The notes beneath the pieces are model-generated. The model saw only the letters and a list, made by a program, of their open reading frames with translations. It did not search any database and was not told the origin of the DNA. The position numbers and the translations under genes are program-made. A stretch of 64,000 nucleotides of DNA from NCBI GenBank assembly GCA_050741255.1, contig JBOIEQ010000001.1, positions 9,473 to 73,472 on the forward strand, given 5' to 3'. This stretch comes from Burkholderiales bacterium. GTDB lineage: Bacteria > Pseudomonadota > Gammaproteobacteria > Burkholderiales > SG8-41. Every line of letters begins with the position of its first letter. Position 1 is the stretch's first letter. This document shows positions 27,555 to 37,002 of this stretch, piece after piece.

Positions 27555-29226
27555 CGTGACCGTATGCCTCGCGTGCCGCGCCGGCGCTGACTTTGCCGTC
27601 CGCCACGTCGTCCGCAACTCGCGTGCGGCGGCGCGGATCGCCATAACCACCGCCACCGGGCGTCTCCACGATCACGCGGTCGCCCTTGTTCAGCACCGTC
27701 AGCGCTTTCGACGGAATGATCTCTTCGCGGCCGTCGAAGCGACGGATCACCGATCGCGCGGATGCGCCCGGTTGGCCGCCGCCGAGCCCCTGCGCGGCGC
27801 TGAAATGACGCTCGCCACGGTGCGTGAAGGTCACGCCGTCGGCGAGGATTTCGTACTCGCGCACCACGCCCAGCCCGCCGCGGAACTCGCCCGCGCCGCC
27901 GGAATCCTTGCGCAATGCCACCCGGTGCAGCCGGATCGGCGCTTCCATCTCCAGCGCTTCCGCCGGCAGGTTCATGCAGTTGCTCGCATCCGTGTCGACC
28001 ACGTCCACGCCATCGTGCCCCGCCGCGGCACCACTGCCGCCGGCGATCAGTTCGCCGCAGATGTAGCGCTCACCGTTCGCGCGGAACCCGCCGAAGGCCA
28101 CGATCAGCAGCGTCCCCGCCGCCGGCGCCGCCACCCGGTCCGGCAGCACTTGCGCCAGCGCGCTCACCATCGAGGTGGCCACGCGCTTGATGGTCGAGGT
28201 ACGGGCGTTGACGGGCGCCGGCTCGATGGGGTTCACCAGCGATCCCGTGGGCAGATTCAGCGAGACCGGACGGAAGCAGCCCCCGTTGGTGGGAATCGTC
28301 GGGTCCGTCAGCACGCGCACGGCGTAATAGGCCGCTGCACGCGAGCCCGACGGCACGCAGTTCATCGGGCCCTTCACCTGCTTCGACGTACCCGTCAGGT
28401 CGAAGGCAATCGTGCCGTCCCGGATGGTGACGGCGACTTCGATGCGCAGCGGGGTGTCGAGGTCGATGCCGTCGTTGTCCATCACGTCGACGTAACGGTA
28501 CGTGCCGGCAGGGATTTTCCGCAACGCCTCGCGCGTCATGATTTCCGAGCGGTCGAGCAGTTCTTCAAATACCGCGGTCAGCAGTTCGCCACCGTAGCTG
28601 TCGGCCAGCGCCTGCAGCCGGCGCGCGCCGACGTTGCAGGCGGCAAGCTGCGCATTGAGGTCGCCCAGCAGCGTGTCCGGCAGGCGCGAGTTCTGGCGCA
28701 GGATCGCGACCATCGTTTCGTTGTATTCGCCCGCCTCGCGGAACTTCAACGGCGGGATGCGCAAGCCTTCCTGGAAGATCTCGGTCGAATTCGGCGGCAG
28801 CGAGCCGGGCGAATAGCCGCCGACGTCGCCGTGGTGCGTCATCGTCGCCGACATCGCGATGATGCGGCCGCGGTGGAAGATCGGCGTCATGATCGCGATG
28901 TCCGGCAGGTGCGTGCCGCCGCAATACGGGTCGTTGAGGATGAACGCGTCGCCCTCCTGCATTGTGTCCAGCGGGTACTTGCGCACCATCGCCTCGATGG
29001 TCGGAATCAGCGTCGCCAGGTGCACGGGAATCGCGCAGGCCTGGGCCAGGGTTTCGCCCTTGGCGGTAAAGAGGCTCGCGGACGTGTCCAACCCTTCCTT
29101 GACGATGGGCGAAAACGAGCTCTTCAGCAGCGTCAGCTCCATCTCGTTGGCGATGCCTTCCAGCTTGTTGCGGATGACCTCCGCGGTGATCGGGTCGACC
29201 ACCTCATTGCGTGCCGCGCGGTTCAT
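27544..29226 (-). CDS. hydantoinase B/oxoprolinase family protein
   Basis: MNRAARNEVVDPITAEVIRNKLEGIANEMELTLLKSSFSPIVKEGLDTSASLF. ATGA overlap with hyuA. Confidence 0.9.
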   Translation of the reverse strand: MNRAARNEVVDPITAEVIRNKLEGIANEMELTLLKSSFSPIVKEGLDTSASLFTAKGETLAQACAIPVHLATLIPTIEAMVRKYPLDTMQEGDAFILNDPYCGGTHLPDIAIMTPIFHRGRIIAMSATMTHHGDVGGYSPGSLPPNSTEIFQEGLRIPPLKFREAGEYNETMVAILRQNSRLPDTLLGDLNAQLAACNVGARRLQALADSYGGELLTAVFEELLDRSEIMTREALRKIPAGTYRYVDVMDNDGIDLDTPLRIEVAVTIRDGTIAFDLTGTSKQVKGPMNCVPSGSRAAAYYAVRVLTDPTIPTNGGCFRPVSLNLPTGSLVNPIEPAPVNARTSTIKRVATSMVSALAQVLPDRVAAPAAGTLLIVAFGGFRANGERYICGELIAGGSGAAAGHDGVDVVDTDASNCMNLPAEALEMEAPIRLHRVALRKDSGGAGEFRGGLGVVREYEILADGVTFTHRGERHFSAAQGLGGGQPGASARSVIRRFDGREEIIPSKALTVLNKGDRVIVETPGGGGYGDPRRRTRVADDVADGKVSAGAAREAYGHDVA

Positions 29227-31328
29227 GCCGGCTCCTTCTTGTCGAACGTCAGCATCAGCGTCCCGGCGGCATCCACGTCGCCCCGCCAGCCGGGTTCGAC
29301 GACCGTGGTGGTGTCGGCCTGCTCGACGATCGCCGGGCCGTGGAAGCGCGTGCCGGGCTGCAGGCGGTTGCGCTCGTAGACCGTCGCCAGCACGAATTCC
29401 GGCGACTGTTCGGTCAGGATGCGGCGATGTCCCTTGACCGGATCGCCCGGCGCCGGCACGTAGCGATCGTGCGCGCCCGCCGCGGACGGATCGGCGGCGG
29501 CCTGGTGCACCGTCCGCAGGTTCACGAACTTGACGGCGCCTTCGACGCTGTGTCCGTAGACCCGGTTGTGCGCGGCGTAGAAATCGCGCCGCAGTTGCGC
29601 GATGACATCGGCCGCCGTCAGCGCCACCGGCACTTCCAGGTGATAGGACTGGCCGACGTAGCAGACATCGGCCAGGTACTGGACGTCGACGGTGCCGGGT
29701 GCGACGCCCTCGATCTGCATCAGCTCGCGGCACTGCGCGTCGAGCTTCGCGTAATCGCGTACCAGGTCCTCGCGGGTCACGACATCGAGGGTGGCATGCA
29801 GCGCGGTGGCCGCTTCGTGCTCGACCGGCGCGGCCAGCAGCCCCGCCGCCGACAGGACGCCGGGATGCAAGGGCACGATGATCTGGCGCATGCCCAGCTC
29901 GCGAGCGAGCGCGCAGGCGTGCACCGGCCCGCCGCCGCCCAGCGGCACCAGTGCAAACTGGCGCGGATCAACCCCGCGCTTCACCGACACGAAGCGGATG
30001 CCCTCCGCCATGTTGGCGTTGACGACGCGGTGAATGCCCAGCGCGGCCTGCGCGACGGGCATGCCCAGCGGCCCGGCGATCACGCGTTCAACGGCCTCGT
30101 GCGCCAGCGCGGGCTGCAGCTTGAGCGAACCGGCCGCAAAGTACTCGGGGTCAAGATAGCCCAGCACGATCGACGCATCGGTCACCGTGGGTTCGCGCCC
30201 GCCCCGGCCGTAGCAGGCAGGCCCCGGCTCCGAGCCCGCCGATGCGGGCCCCACGCGCAACGACTTCGCGCCGTCGAGCCACGCGAGGCTGCCGCCGCCC
30301 GCGCCGATGGCGTTCACATCCACCATGGGCACGCGCACGGCGTAGCCGTCGAGGTTGCCTTCGTCGGCGATCAGCGGCTTGCCCGCCGAGACGAGCGCGA
30401 TGTCCGCGCTGGTGCCGCCGATGTCGATGGTGATGAGATCGTGCGCATCAGCCAGCGCGCCGGCCATGCGTCCGCCGATGACGCCGGCGGCGGGGCCGGA
30501 CAGGAACAAGCGTACCGGGCGCCGCCGCGCGATGCGCGAGGAGGCCACACCGCCGCGGGACTGCATGATCTGCAGGGCGGAGCCGACCTTCTGCGCGGCG
30601 AGATCGCCCTCCATGTTCTCGAGATAGCGGTCGATCACGGGTTTCACGTAGGCGTCGAAGGCGGTGATGCAGGTGCGTTCGTACTCGCGAAAGGCAGGAT
30701 CGACCTCGGACGACAGCGACACCATCAGCGCGGGGTGCCGCTCGCGGATGATCTCCGCCACGCGCCGCTCGTGCGCCGGGTTCAGGTAGGAAAACAGGAA
30801 CGACACCGCGATCGCCTTGATGTCCTGCGCGGCCAGTTCGTCGACCGCGCGGGCCACCGCGGCTTCGTCCAGCGGCGTCAACACCTCGCCGGCGGCCGAT
30901 ACGCGCTCCGGCACTTCGCGGCGCAGGCGGCCCGGAGCGAGAAACACCGGTGTTTCCGGTGCGAGGATGGCCCGATAGACCGCGTGCCGGTTCTGGCGGC
31001 CGATCTCGAGCAGATCCCTGAAGCCTTCCGTCGTGATCAGGCCGATGCGCGCGCCCTTGCGTTCGAGTACCGCGTTGGTCGCCACGGTGGTGCCGTGCAC
31101 GAAACGCTGGATGTGCTCCGGGGCCACGCCCCAGTGTTCCGCCATGTGCCGCACGGCATGCAGCACGCCCGCGCTCGGATTGGCGCGTGTCGTCGGAATC
31201 TTGACCAGTTTCAGTTCGCCACTGCTGTTGCGGCAGACGACGTCGGTAAACGTGCCGCCGATGTCGACGCCGACTGAGAAACGGGCGGCGGCGGCATCGA
31301 AGCGGGCGGAAGCAGGCGTGGCGCTCAT
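29223..31328 (-). CDS. hydantoinase/oxoprolinase family protein (A subunit)
   Basis: FSVGVDIGGTFTDVV...HGTTVATNAVLERKGARIGLITTEGFRDLLEIGRQ. Confidence 0.9.
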   Translation of the reverse strand: MSATPASARFDAAAARFSVGVDIGGTFTDVVCRNSSGELKLVKIPTTRANPSAGVLHAVRHMAEHWGVAPEHIQRFVHGTTVATNAVLERKGARIGLITTEGFRDLLEIGRQNRHAVYRAILAPETPVFLAPGRLRREVPERVSAAGEVLTPLDEAAVARAVDELAAQDIKAIAVSFLFSYLNPAHERRVAEIIRERHPALMVSLSSEVDPAFREYERTCITAFDAYVKPVIDRYLENMEGDLAAQKVGSALQIMQSRGGVASSRIARRRPVRLFLSGPAAGVIGGRMAGALADAHDLITIDIGGTSADIALVSAGKPLIADEGNLDGYAVRVPMVDVNAIGAGGGSLAWLDGAKSLRVGPASAGSEPGPACYGRGGREPTVTDASIVLGYLDPEYFAAGSLKLQPALAHEAVERVIAGPLGMPVAQAALGIHRVVNANMAEGIRFVSVKRGVDPRQFALVPLGGGGPVHACALARELGMRQIIVPLHPGVLSAAGLLAAPVEHEAATALHATLDVVTREDLVRDYAKLDAQCRELMQIEGVAPGTVDVQYLADVCYVGQSYHLEVPVALTAADVIAQLRRDFYAAHNRVYGHSVEGAVKFVNLRTVHQAAADPSAAGAHDRYVPAPGDPVKGHRRILTEQSPEFVLATVYERNRLQPGTRFHGPAIVEQADTTTVVEPGWRGDVDAAGTLMLTFDKKEPA

Positions 31329-31653
31329 GAAAACTCTGCGATTTGTGAAAGGTTGGCACTATAGGCAATCGGGCCGCCGGAAACAACGCACCGCGCGGTT
31401 CGGGTCCGGCGCGCCCCGCGCTGGCGCATCGCCGCCCGCGCACGCTCGCAAGCGGTGCGCGGGTTTGTAGGAGAAAAAAACCGCGCTGACCGGCGCACGG
31501 CGCCGGCCACCGCACTAAAATCGGGACTCGCTGAAATCATGCGCCGGTGATCGCGGCTAAAATCCCGGCAGGGTGCGCGTTCGCTGGTTTACCGCGCGCC
31601 TGGCCGCACCCGCGCCCCTTCACCACCATTTTCCTCCGGATAACCCATTCGCA

Positions 31654-32787
31654 ATGATCAACGCCGCCATCGTCGGACTCGGCCGCTGGGGCCAGAACCT
31701 CGTCAACAGCATCCAGGGCAAAAGCGACAAGATCCGCGTCGTGCTGGGCGTCGCCCGCACGCCCGCCAAGACCGAAGCCTACGCCCGAGACAAGGGTTTC
31801 CCTCTCGTGGACAGCCTGGAAAAGGCGCTGGCCGACCCGAACGTGCAGGCCGTCATCCTGGCCACCCCGCACAGCACGCACGCCGCACAGATCGTCGCCG
31901 CGGCGAAGGCCGGCAAACATGTGTTCACGGAAAAACCTTTCACCCTGACCGCGGCGTCCGCTACGGAAGCCGTGGCGGCATGCAAGAAAGCCGGCGTAAC
32001 GCTCGCTGTCGGCTTCAACTGGCGCTTCCAGCCCGCGCTGCAGGCGATGAAACGCATGCTCGATGACGGCACGCTCGGCACGCTGCTGCACGTGGAAGGC
32101 AACTTCAACGGACCGAGCGTCTACCGCGTGCCCAAGGACCACTGGCGGCAGAAACGGGATGAAGGCCCCGCAGGCGGCATGACCGGCCGCGGCGTGCACG
32201 TGGTCGACGCCTTCCAGTATCTCGCCGGGCCGGTCGCCACGGTGCACGCGCAGAGTTTTCGCCGCGCGCTGGATTACGGCACGGACGACACGACCTCGAT
32301 GCTGCTGCGCTTCGAGAGCGGCGCCACCGGCTACCTCAGCACGGTGATCGCCACCGCCGAAACCTGGCGCATGCAGATCCTCGGCACCAAGGGCTGGGCC
32401 GCCGTCGGCGATGTCGAACACCTGACGACCTGGCAACTGCAGGTATGCACCTACGACCCGGCGCATCCCTACGTGCACGTGAAACCGCAGACGGTGACCT
32501 TCCCGGACACCAGCACCGAGCGCGCGGAACTGGAGCACTTCGCCGACGCCGTCGCGGCGCGCAAGCCGCTCGCGGTGCCTGGCGGCGACGAAATCCACGG
32601 CGTGGCGATCCTCGAGGCCGTTCTGGCGTCGGCGAAGGCTGGCGCCACGGTGAAAGTCGGCGCAGGCGCACCCGCACGAACCAACACCGCGCACACTACC
32701 CGCCTTGCGGGCAGCGTGCGCGCAGCCGCGCCGAAACGGAAGATGCCTGCCAAAAAGACCGCCAAACGCCCCGTCAGTAAAAAGTAA
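31654..32787 (+). CDS. Gfo/Idh/MocA-family oxidoreductase with a basic Lys/Ala/Pro-rich C-terminal tail
   Basis: MINAAIVGLGRWGQ Rossmann start and ATPHSTHAAQIVAAAKAGKHVFTEKP. About 40 extra C-terminal residues ...AAAPKRKMPAKKTAKRPVSKK. Confidence 0.85.
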   Translation: MINAAIVGLGRWGQNLVNSIQGKSDKIRVVLGVARTPAKTEAYARDKGFPLVDSLEKALADPNVQAVILATPHSTHAAQIVAAAKAGKHVFTEKPFTLTAASATEAVAACKKAGVTLAVGFNWRFQPALQAMKRMLDDGTLGTLLHVEGNFNGPSVYRVPKDHWRQKRDEGPAGGMTGRGVHVVDAFQYLAGPVATVHAQSFRRALDYGTDDTTSMLLRFESGATGYLSTVIATAETWRMQILGTKGWAAVGDVEHLTTWQLQVCTYDPAHPYVHVKPQTVTFPDTSTERAELEHFADAVAARKPLAVPGGDEIHGVAILEAVLASAKAGATVKVGAGAPARTNTAHTTRLAGSVRAAAPKRKMPAKKTAKRPVSKK

Positions 32788-32799
32788 CCGGGAGACCCC

Positions 32800-33765
32800 A
32801 TGTCCCTGCTTCGACTCGCCACCGCCGTTCTCGCCTGCGCCGCCAGCACGACCGCCGCGGCCCAAAGCTACCCCGCCAAACCGGTCCGCATGATCGTCCC
32901 CTTCCCCGCGGGCGGCGCCACCGACATCATCGGCCGCATCGCGGCGCAGAAACTCGCCGAGGCGATGGGCCAGCAATTCGTGGTGGACAACCGGGGCGGC
33001 GCCGGCGGAACCATCGGCACCGAGATCGCGGCCAGGGCGGTGCCTGACGGCTACGTCCTCATCACCGGCACCAGCAGCACGCACTCGATTGCGCCGGGCC
33101 TGTATCCCAAGCTCCCGTACGACCCGGTGAAGGACTTCGCGCCCATTTCGCTGTTGTGCACGGCGACCATCCTGCTCGCGGCGCATCCGTCGGTACCCGC
33201 GAAGAACGTCCGGGAACTGATCGCGTTGGCCAAGGCGCGCCCGGACCAGCTCTCCTTCGCCTCCACCGGCAACGGCGGCATTTCGCATCTCGTGGGCGAA
33301 CAGTTCAAATCCATGACCGGCGTGCAGCTCGTGCACGTGCCCTACAAGGGCGACGCGCCCGCGCTGATCGACCTCGCCGCCGGGCAGGTGTCGATCATGT
33401 TCGGCACCGCGGTCGCCTTCATCCCCTACGTGAAGTCCGGCAAGCTGAAGGCGCTGGCGGTAACCAATCCCGAGCGCTCCCCCATCGTGCCGGACGTGCC
33501 CACCGTCAGCGAATCCGGTCTGAAGGGCTTCGAGGCGGTGCAGTGGTTCGGCCTCTTCGCGCCGGCCGGTACGCCGAAGGACATCGTCACGCGCCTGCAT
33601 GCCGAGACGGTGAAATTCCTGCGTCAGCCGGACGTGCGTGAAAAGATGACCGGGCTCGGCACCGATATTGTCGGCAACACTCCGGAGGCCTTCGCGGCAT
33701 TCCAGAAGGCGGAGATCGCCAAGTGGGCGAAAATCATCCAGCAATCGGGCGCACGGATCGAATAA
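32800..33765 (+). CDS. Bug-family substrate-binding protein
   Basis: MSLLRLATAVLACAASTTAAAQSYPAKPVRMIVPFPAGGATD. GGGAG SD upstream. Confidence 0.9.
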   Translation: MSLLRLATAVLACAASTTAAAQSYPAKPVRMIVPFPAGGATDIIGRIAAQKLAEAMGQQFVVDNRGGAGGTIGTEIAARAVPDGYVLITGTSSTHSIAPGLYPKLPYDPVKDFAPISLLCTATILLAAHPSVPAKNVRELIALAKARPDQLSFASTGNGGISHLVGEQFKSMTGVQLVHVPYKGDAPALIDLAAGQVSIMFGTAVAFIPYVKSGKLKALAVTNPERSPIVPDVPTVSESGLKGFEAVQWFGLFAPAGTPKDIVTRLHAETVKFLRQPDVREKMTGLGTDIVGNTPEAFAAFQKAEIAKWAKIIQQSGARIE

Positions 33766-33791
33766 AGAACACTGAACACGGAACACGCAAC

Positions 33792-34142
33792 ATGAACGCG
33801 GAAAAAGCATCACCCCGCCCCAAGCCCGCTGCGTCGAAACGCGCACGCGCAACCCCGCAACCGACCGAGAGCCGTTTTCTCGCGCAGTGGCAAAACGAGA
33901 AAAAGACGGTGGAGATCTACCTGATCAACGGCGTCCGGATCGAGGGACGGATCGTGTCCTTCGACCCGCAGGTCGTGCTGGTCGAGAGCGGGACCACCGA
34001 CAAGGTCTACAAGACCGCCATCTCGACCATCCAGGAAGCAAAAAAACGCACTGCCCCCCGTGTCGCCAAGCCGGCGGCAGGCGCGCCTGCGCGCACACCG
34101 ACCGTTGTCGTCAAGCGGGTCCGGCGCGCCCCGCCGCGGTAA
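33792..34142 (+). CDS. Hfq-like (Sm-fold) RNA-binding protein paralogue with basic N- and C-terminal extensions
   Basis: Core FLAQWQNEKKTVEIYLINGVRIEGRIVSFDPQVVLVESGTTDKVYKTAISTI aligns with E. coli Hfq [52 protein letters not shown] (Sm1 and Sm2 motifs; His57 replaced by Thr). 27 nt downstream of the Bug gene. Confidence 0.75.
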   Translation: MNAEKASPRPKPAASKRARATPQPTESRFLAQWQNEKKTVEIYLINGVRIEGRIVSFDPQVVLVESGTTDKVYKTAISTIQEAKKRTAPRVAKPAAGAPARTPTVVVKRVRRAPPR

Positions 34143-34179
34143 CGTCCCTGCCTGCCGGACATTCCGTCCCGGCCATCCC

Positions 34180-35652
34180 TTACTTCTTGCCCGGCGCCAA
34201 CTGCTCCCGCGCCTTTTTCTGCGCGACCTGCGCGTCCAGCAACAGCCGATACGAGACGTAGTATTTGTAGATGTTGCGCACGTAGGTCGTGGTCTCGATG
34301 CCGACCTTCTCGGCGGTGACGATCTCGACGTTGTTGAACCACTTGTCCGGATCCAGGCCGCGCTTCGCGGCTTCCTTGCGCATCTGGGAAATGCGCCCCG
34401 GCCCGGCGTTGTAGGACGCGAAGGCGAACAGCGAGCGGTTCGCCTCGCTGAATTTCGCGTCGGGAAAGTACCGGGTCATGAGCTGGTCCATGTACTTCGT
34501 GCCGGCGTGGATATTCGACTCCGTCGTCTTGATGTCGCCGACCTTAAGCTCCGCGCCGGTCGCGGGCATGACCTGCATGACGCCGATCGCGCCCACGTGA
34601 CTCTTGGCGTTCTGGTCGAGCCCCGACTCCTGGAAGCCCTGCGCGGCCAGCATCAGCGGATCGAAGTTGTACTTGGCGCCATACTTCTCGAACAGTCCCA
34701 GCGTGTCCTGGAAGCGCTTCGCGTCGGCAGAACCGGTCGGGTCCTTCATCTGCTTCACGCGCTTGTGGTATTGCGCGAACCGGCTGGCGATGAGGTTCTG
34801 CTTCTTCACGAACTCGGTGTAGAAATCCTGCACCGCCGCTTCGAGCTTGACGCTGCCCTTGCGCATCGCCCAGCCCGTGTTTCCGCCCGCGCGCACGACG
34901 GCGCCCTCGTTGACCTTGATCCCGGGCAGCACCTGCGCCCACATTTTGGCCTTCCAGTCGTCGACGACGATGGTCTCCAGCAGCCCGGCATTCAGCATCT
35001 CCATCATGTCCTCGTCCTCGAGCGCATCGGGCACCAGGACAATCCTGATCTCCGGCTTGCCGGCCTTCTTGAGCCGCGCGCTCAGCGCGACGACGCTGTC
35101 GTGGTAGCTGGACGACTTGCGCACGTGGACGGTCTTGCCGGCCAGGTCGTCCACGGTGTTGATCGCCGGGGACTTGGGGCCCGTCACCACAACTTCGGCC
35201 ATGTCGCGCTGGTTCGGCGCCACCCAGAAGTCCACCAGCTTCCTGCGTTCCTCGGTGACCGTGAGGTTGCCGGCGGCGAGGTCGCCCCTGCCTTCGGCGA
35301 CGTTCTTCAGCAATTGGTCGCGCGTGGTGGGAATGATGTAGATGGTGATCGGCCGCTTGCCCAGTTCCTTGGCGTACTTCTTGTTGAGATAGCGCTCGAA
35401 GTCGCGTACGAAATCGGCGGTGATGCCGCGCTCGCGCCCCTTTTCGGTGAAGTACAGCGAGCGGCTGTAGGGCACCAGCACCCGGATCATCCGGCGCTTG
35501 AGCATGCCGTCGAAATCGCCCTTCCACTCTCCGGCGGTGGTTGGGAGCGCGCGCACTTTCCGGCCCTCGTCGGGTTTCTCCGCCCCGAAGGCGTGGCTTG
35601 CGGCACACAGCAGCATGACGGCGGCGACAATGCGGGCAGACAGTGTGAGCAT
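34180..35652 (-). CDS. MltF-like lytic transglycosylase (periplasmic solute-binding domain plus SLT domain)
   Basis: Signal peptide, SBP_bac_3-like N-half (RVLVPYSRSLYF...), and SLT catalytic region QESGLDQNAKSHVGAIGVMQVMPATG. Confidence 0.85.
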   Translation of the reverse strand: MLTLSARIVAAVMLLCAASHAFGAEKPDEGRKVRALPTTAGEWKGDFDGMLKRRMIRVLVPYSRSLYFTEKGRERGITADFVRDFERYLNKKYAKELGKRPITIYIIPTTRDQLLKNVAEGRGDLAAGNLTVTEERRKLVDFWVAPNQRDMAEVVVTGPKSPAINTVDDLAGKTVHVRKSSSYHDSVVALSARLKKAGKPEIRIVLVPDALEDEDMMEMLNAGLLETIVVDDWKAKMWAQVLPGIKVNEGAVVRAGGNTGWAMRKGSVKLEAAVQDFYTEFVKKQNLIASRFAQYHKRVKQMKDPTGSADAKRFQDTLGLFEKYGAKYNFDPLMLAAQGFQESGLDQNAKSHVGAIGVMQVMPATGAELKVGDIKTTESNIHAGTKYMDQLMTRYFPDAKFSEANRSLFAFASYNAGPGRISQMRKEAAKRGLDPDKWFNNVEIVTAEKVGIETTTYVRNIYKYYVSYRLLLDAQVAQKKAREQLAPGKK

Positions 35653-35808
35653 GGCCGGTTCCTCCGAGTGAGACTGCGCCGACTCCGTACGGCTGCGGAG
35701 GCGGCAGTTGGCGCAGGCATTTTACCCAGCATCGTTACCGGCATGACCCTGATTTTCATCCTGCAGGCATGACCAGGCCGCCGGCTGGCACTCTGCGATA
35801 ATTTGGGC

Positions 35809-37002
35809 ATGACCGACAACACCACCCCCCTGTTCCCGCGCGAGGCCGCCCCCGGCCTGGTGCTGATGGCCGCCACCGCCCTCGCGATGCTGTGCAGCAA
35901 CTCGGGTCTGGCGATCTGGTACGAGGGCGTGCTCGACCTGCCCATCGAGATCCGGATCGGTGCGTTCCGCATCGCCAAGCCTTTGTTGCTGTGGGTGAAC
36001 GACGGACTGATGGCGGTCTTTTTCTTCCTGGTCGGACTGGAACTCAAGCGCGAGATCCTCGAAGGCGAACTCTCCTCGCCGGCGCAGCTGATGCTGCCGG
36101 CGGTGGCGGCGCTGGGCGGCATGGCCGTGCCGGCGGCGATCTACGCCGCGCTGAACCACGCCGATCCGGTGGCGCTCAACGGGTGGGCCATCCCGGCCGC
36201 GACGGACATCGCGTTCGCGCTGGGCGTCCTGATCCTGCTGGGCAACCGCGTGCCGGTGAGCCTGAAAGTCTTCCTGACGGCGGTGGCGATCGTCGATGAC
36301 CTGGGCGCGGTGGTCATCATCGCCCTGTTCTATACGGACGGCCTGTCGGCCACGATGCTGGCGGCCGCCGCGGTCGGTGTGGCCGTGCTCGTCACACTCA
36401 ACCTGGCCGGCGTGCGCAAGCTGGCCCCCTACGCGCTGGTCGGCGTGGCGGTCTGGGTCTGCCTGCTGAAGTCCGGCGTGCATGCCACGCTGGCGGGAGT
36501 GATCGCCGCACTCTGCGTGCCGATGGGTGGACGCGGCGGCGACGACCGTCACTCGCCGTTGAAATCGGCCGAGCACGCCCTGCACGGCTGGGTGGCCTAC
36601 GGCGTGATCCCGGTCTTCGCCTTCGCCAACGCCGGTGTGAGCCTGTACGGATTGACGCTGGCCACCTTCGGCCATTCCGTGCCGCTCGGCATCGCAATGG
36701 GGCTGTTCGCCGGCAAAGTGATCGGCATTTTCGGTGCGTGCGCGCTCGCCATCCGCCTGTTCGGCGCCGCCCTGCCCGGCGGAGCCTCCTGGCTGCAGTT
36801 GCTGGGGATATCAACGCTCGGCGGCATTGGCTTCACGATGAGCCTGTTCATCGGCTCGCTCGCCTTCGAGAACGCCGCCGCGGAATACATGAAGCTGGTC
36901 AAGCTGGGCGTGCTGGCGGGTTCCTGCGTCTCGGCCGTCGTCGGCGTGGGCATCCTGCTCGCCGCGGCGCGCAACCCTGGCCGCGCCCGGACCACCGGTT
37001 GA
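35809..37002 (+). CDS. nhaA: Na+/H+ antiporter NhaA
   Basis: WVNDGLMAVFFFLVGLELKREI, IPAATDIAFALGVL and AIVDDLGAVVIIALFY are NhaA hallmarks. Confidence 0.9.
   Translation: MTDNTTPLFPREAAPGLVLMAATALAMLCSNSGLAIWYEGVLDLPIEIRIGAFRIAKPLLLWVNDGLMAVFFFLVGLELKREILEGELSSPAQLMLPAVAALGGMAVPAAIYAALNHADPVALNGWAIPAATDIAFALGVLILLGNRVPVSLKVFLTAVAIVDDLGAVVIIALFYTDGLSATMLAAAAVGVAVLVTLNLAGVRKLAPYALVGVAVWVCLLKSGVHATLAGVIAALCVPMGGRGGDDRHSPLKSAEHALHGWVAYGVIPVFAFANAGVSLYGLTLATFGHSVPLGIAMGLFAGKVIGIFGACALAIRLFGAALPGGASWLQLLGISTLGGIGFTMSLFIGSLAFENAAAEYMKLVKLGVLAGSCVSAVVGVGILLAAARNPGRARTTG

Noticed and set aside
31354-31369. Sigma54-like TGGCAC-N-GCAA motif (TGGCACTATAGGCAAT) in the hyuA / Gfo-Idh-MocA divergent region.
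   Set aside because: The GG-to-GC spacing is two nucleotides too short for the -24/-12 consensus (TGGCACG-N4-TTGC). The motif also lies about 300 nt from the nearest downstream start.
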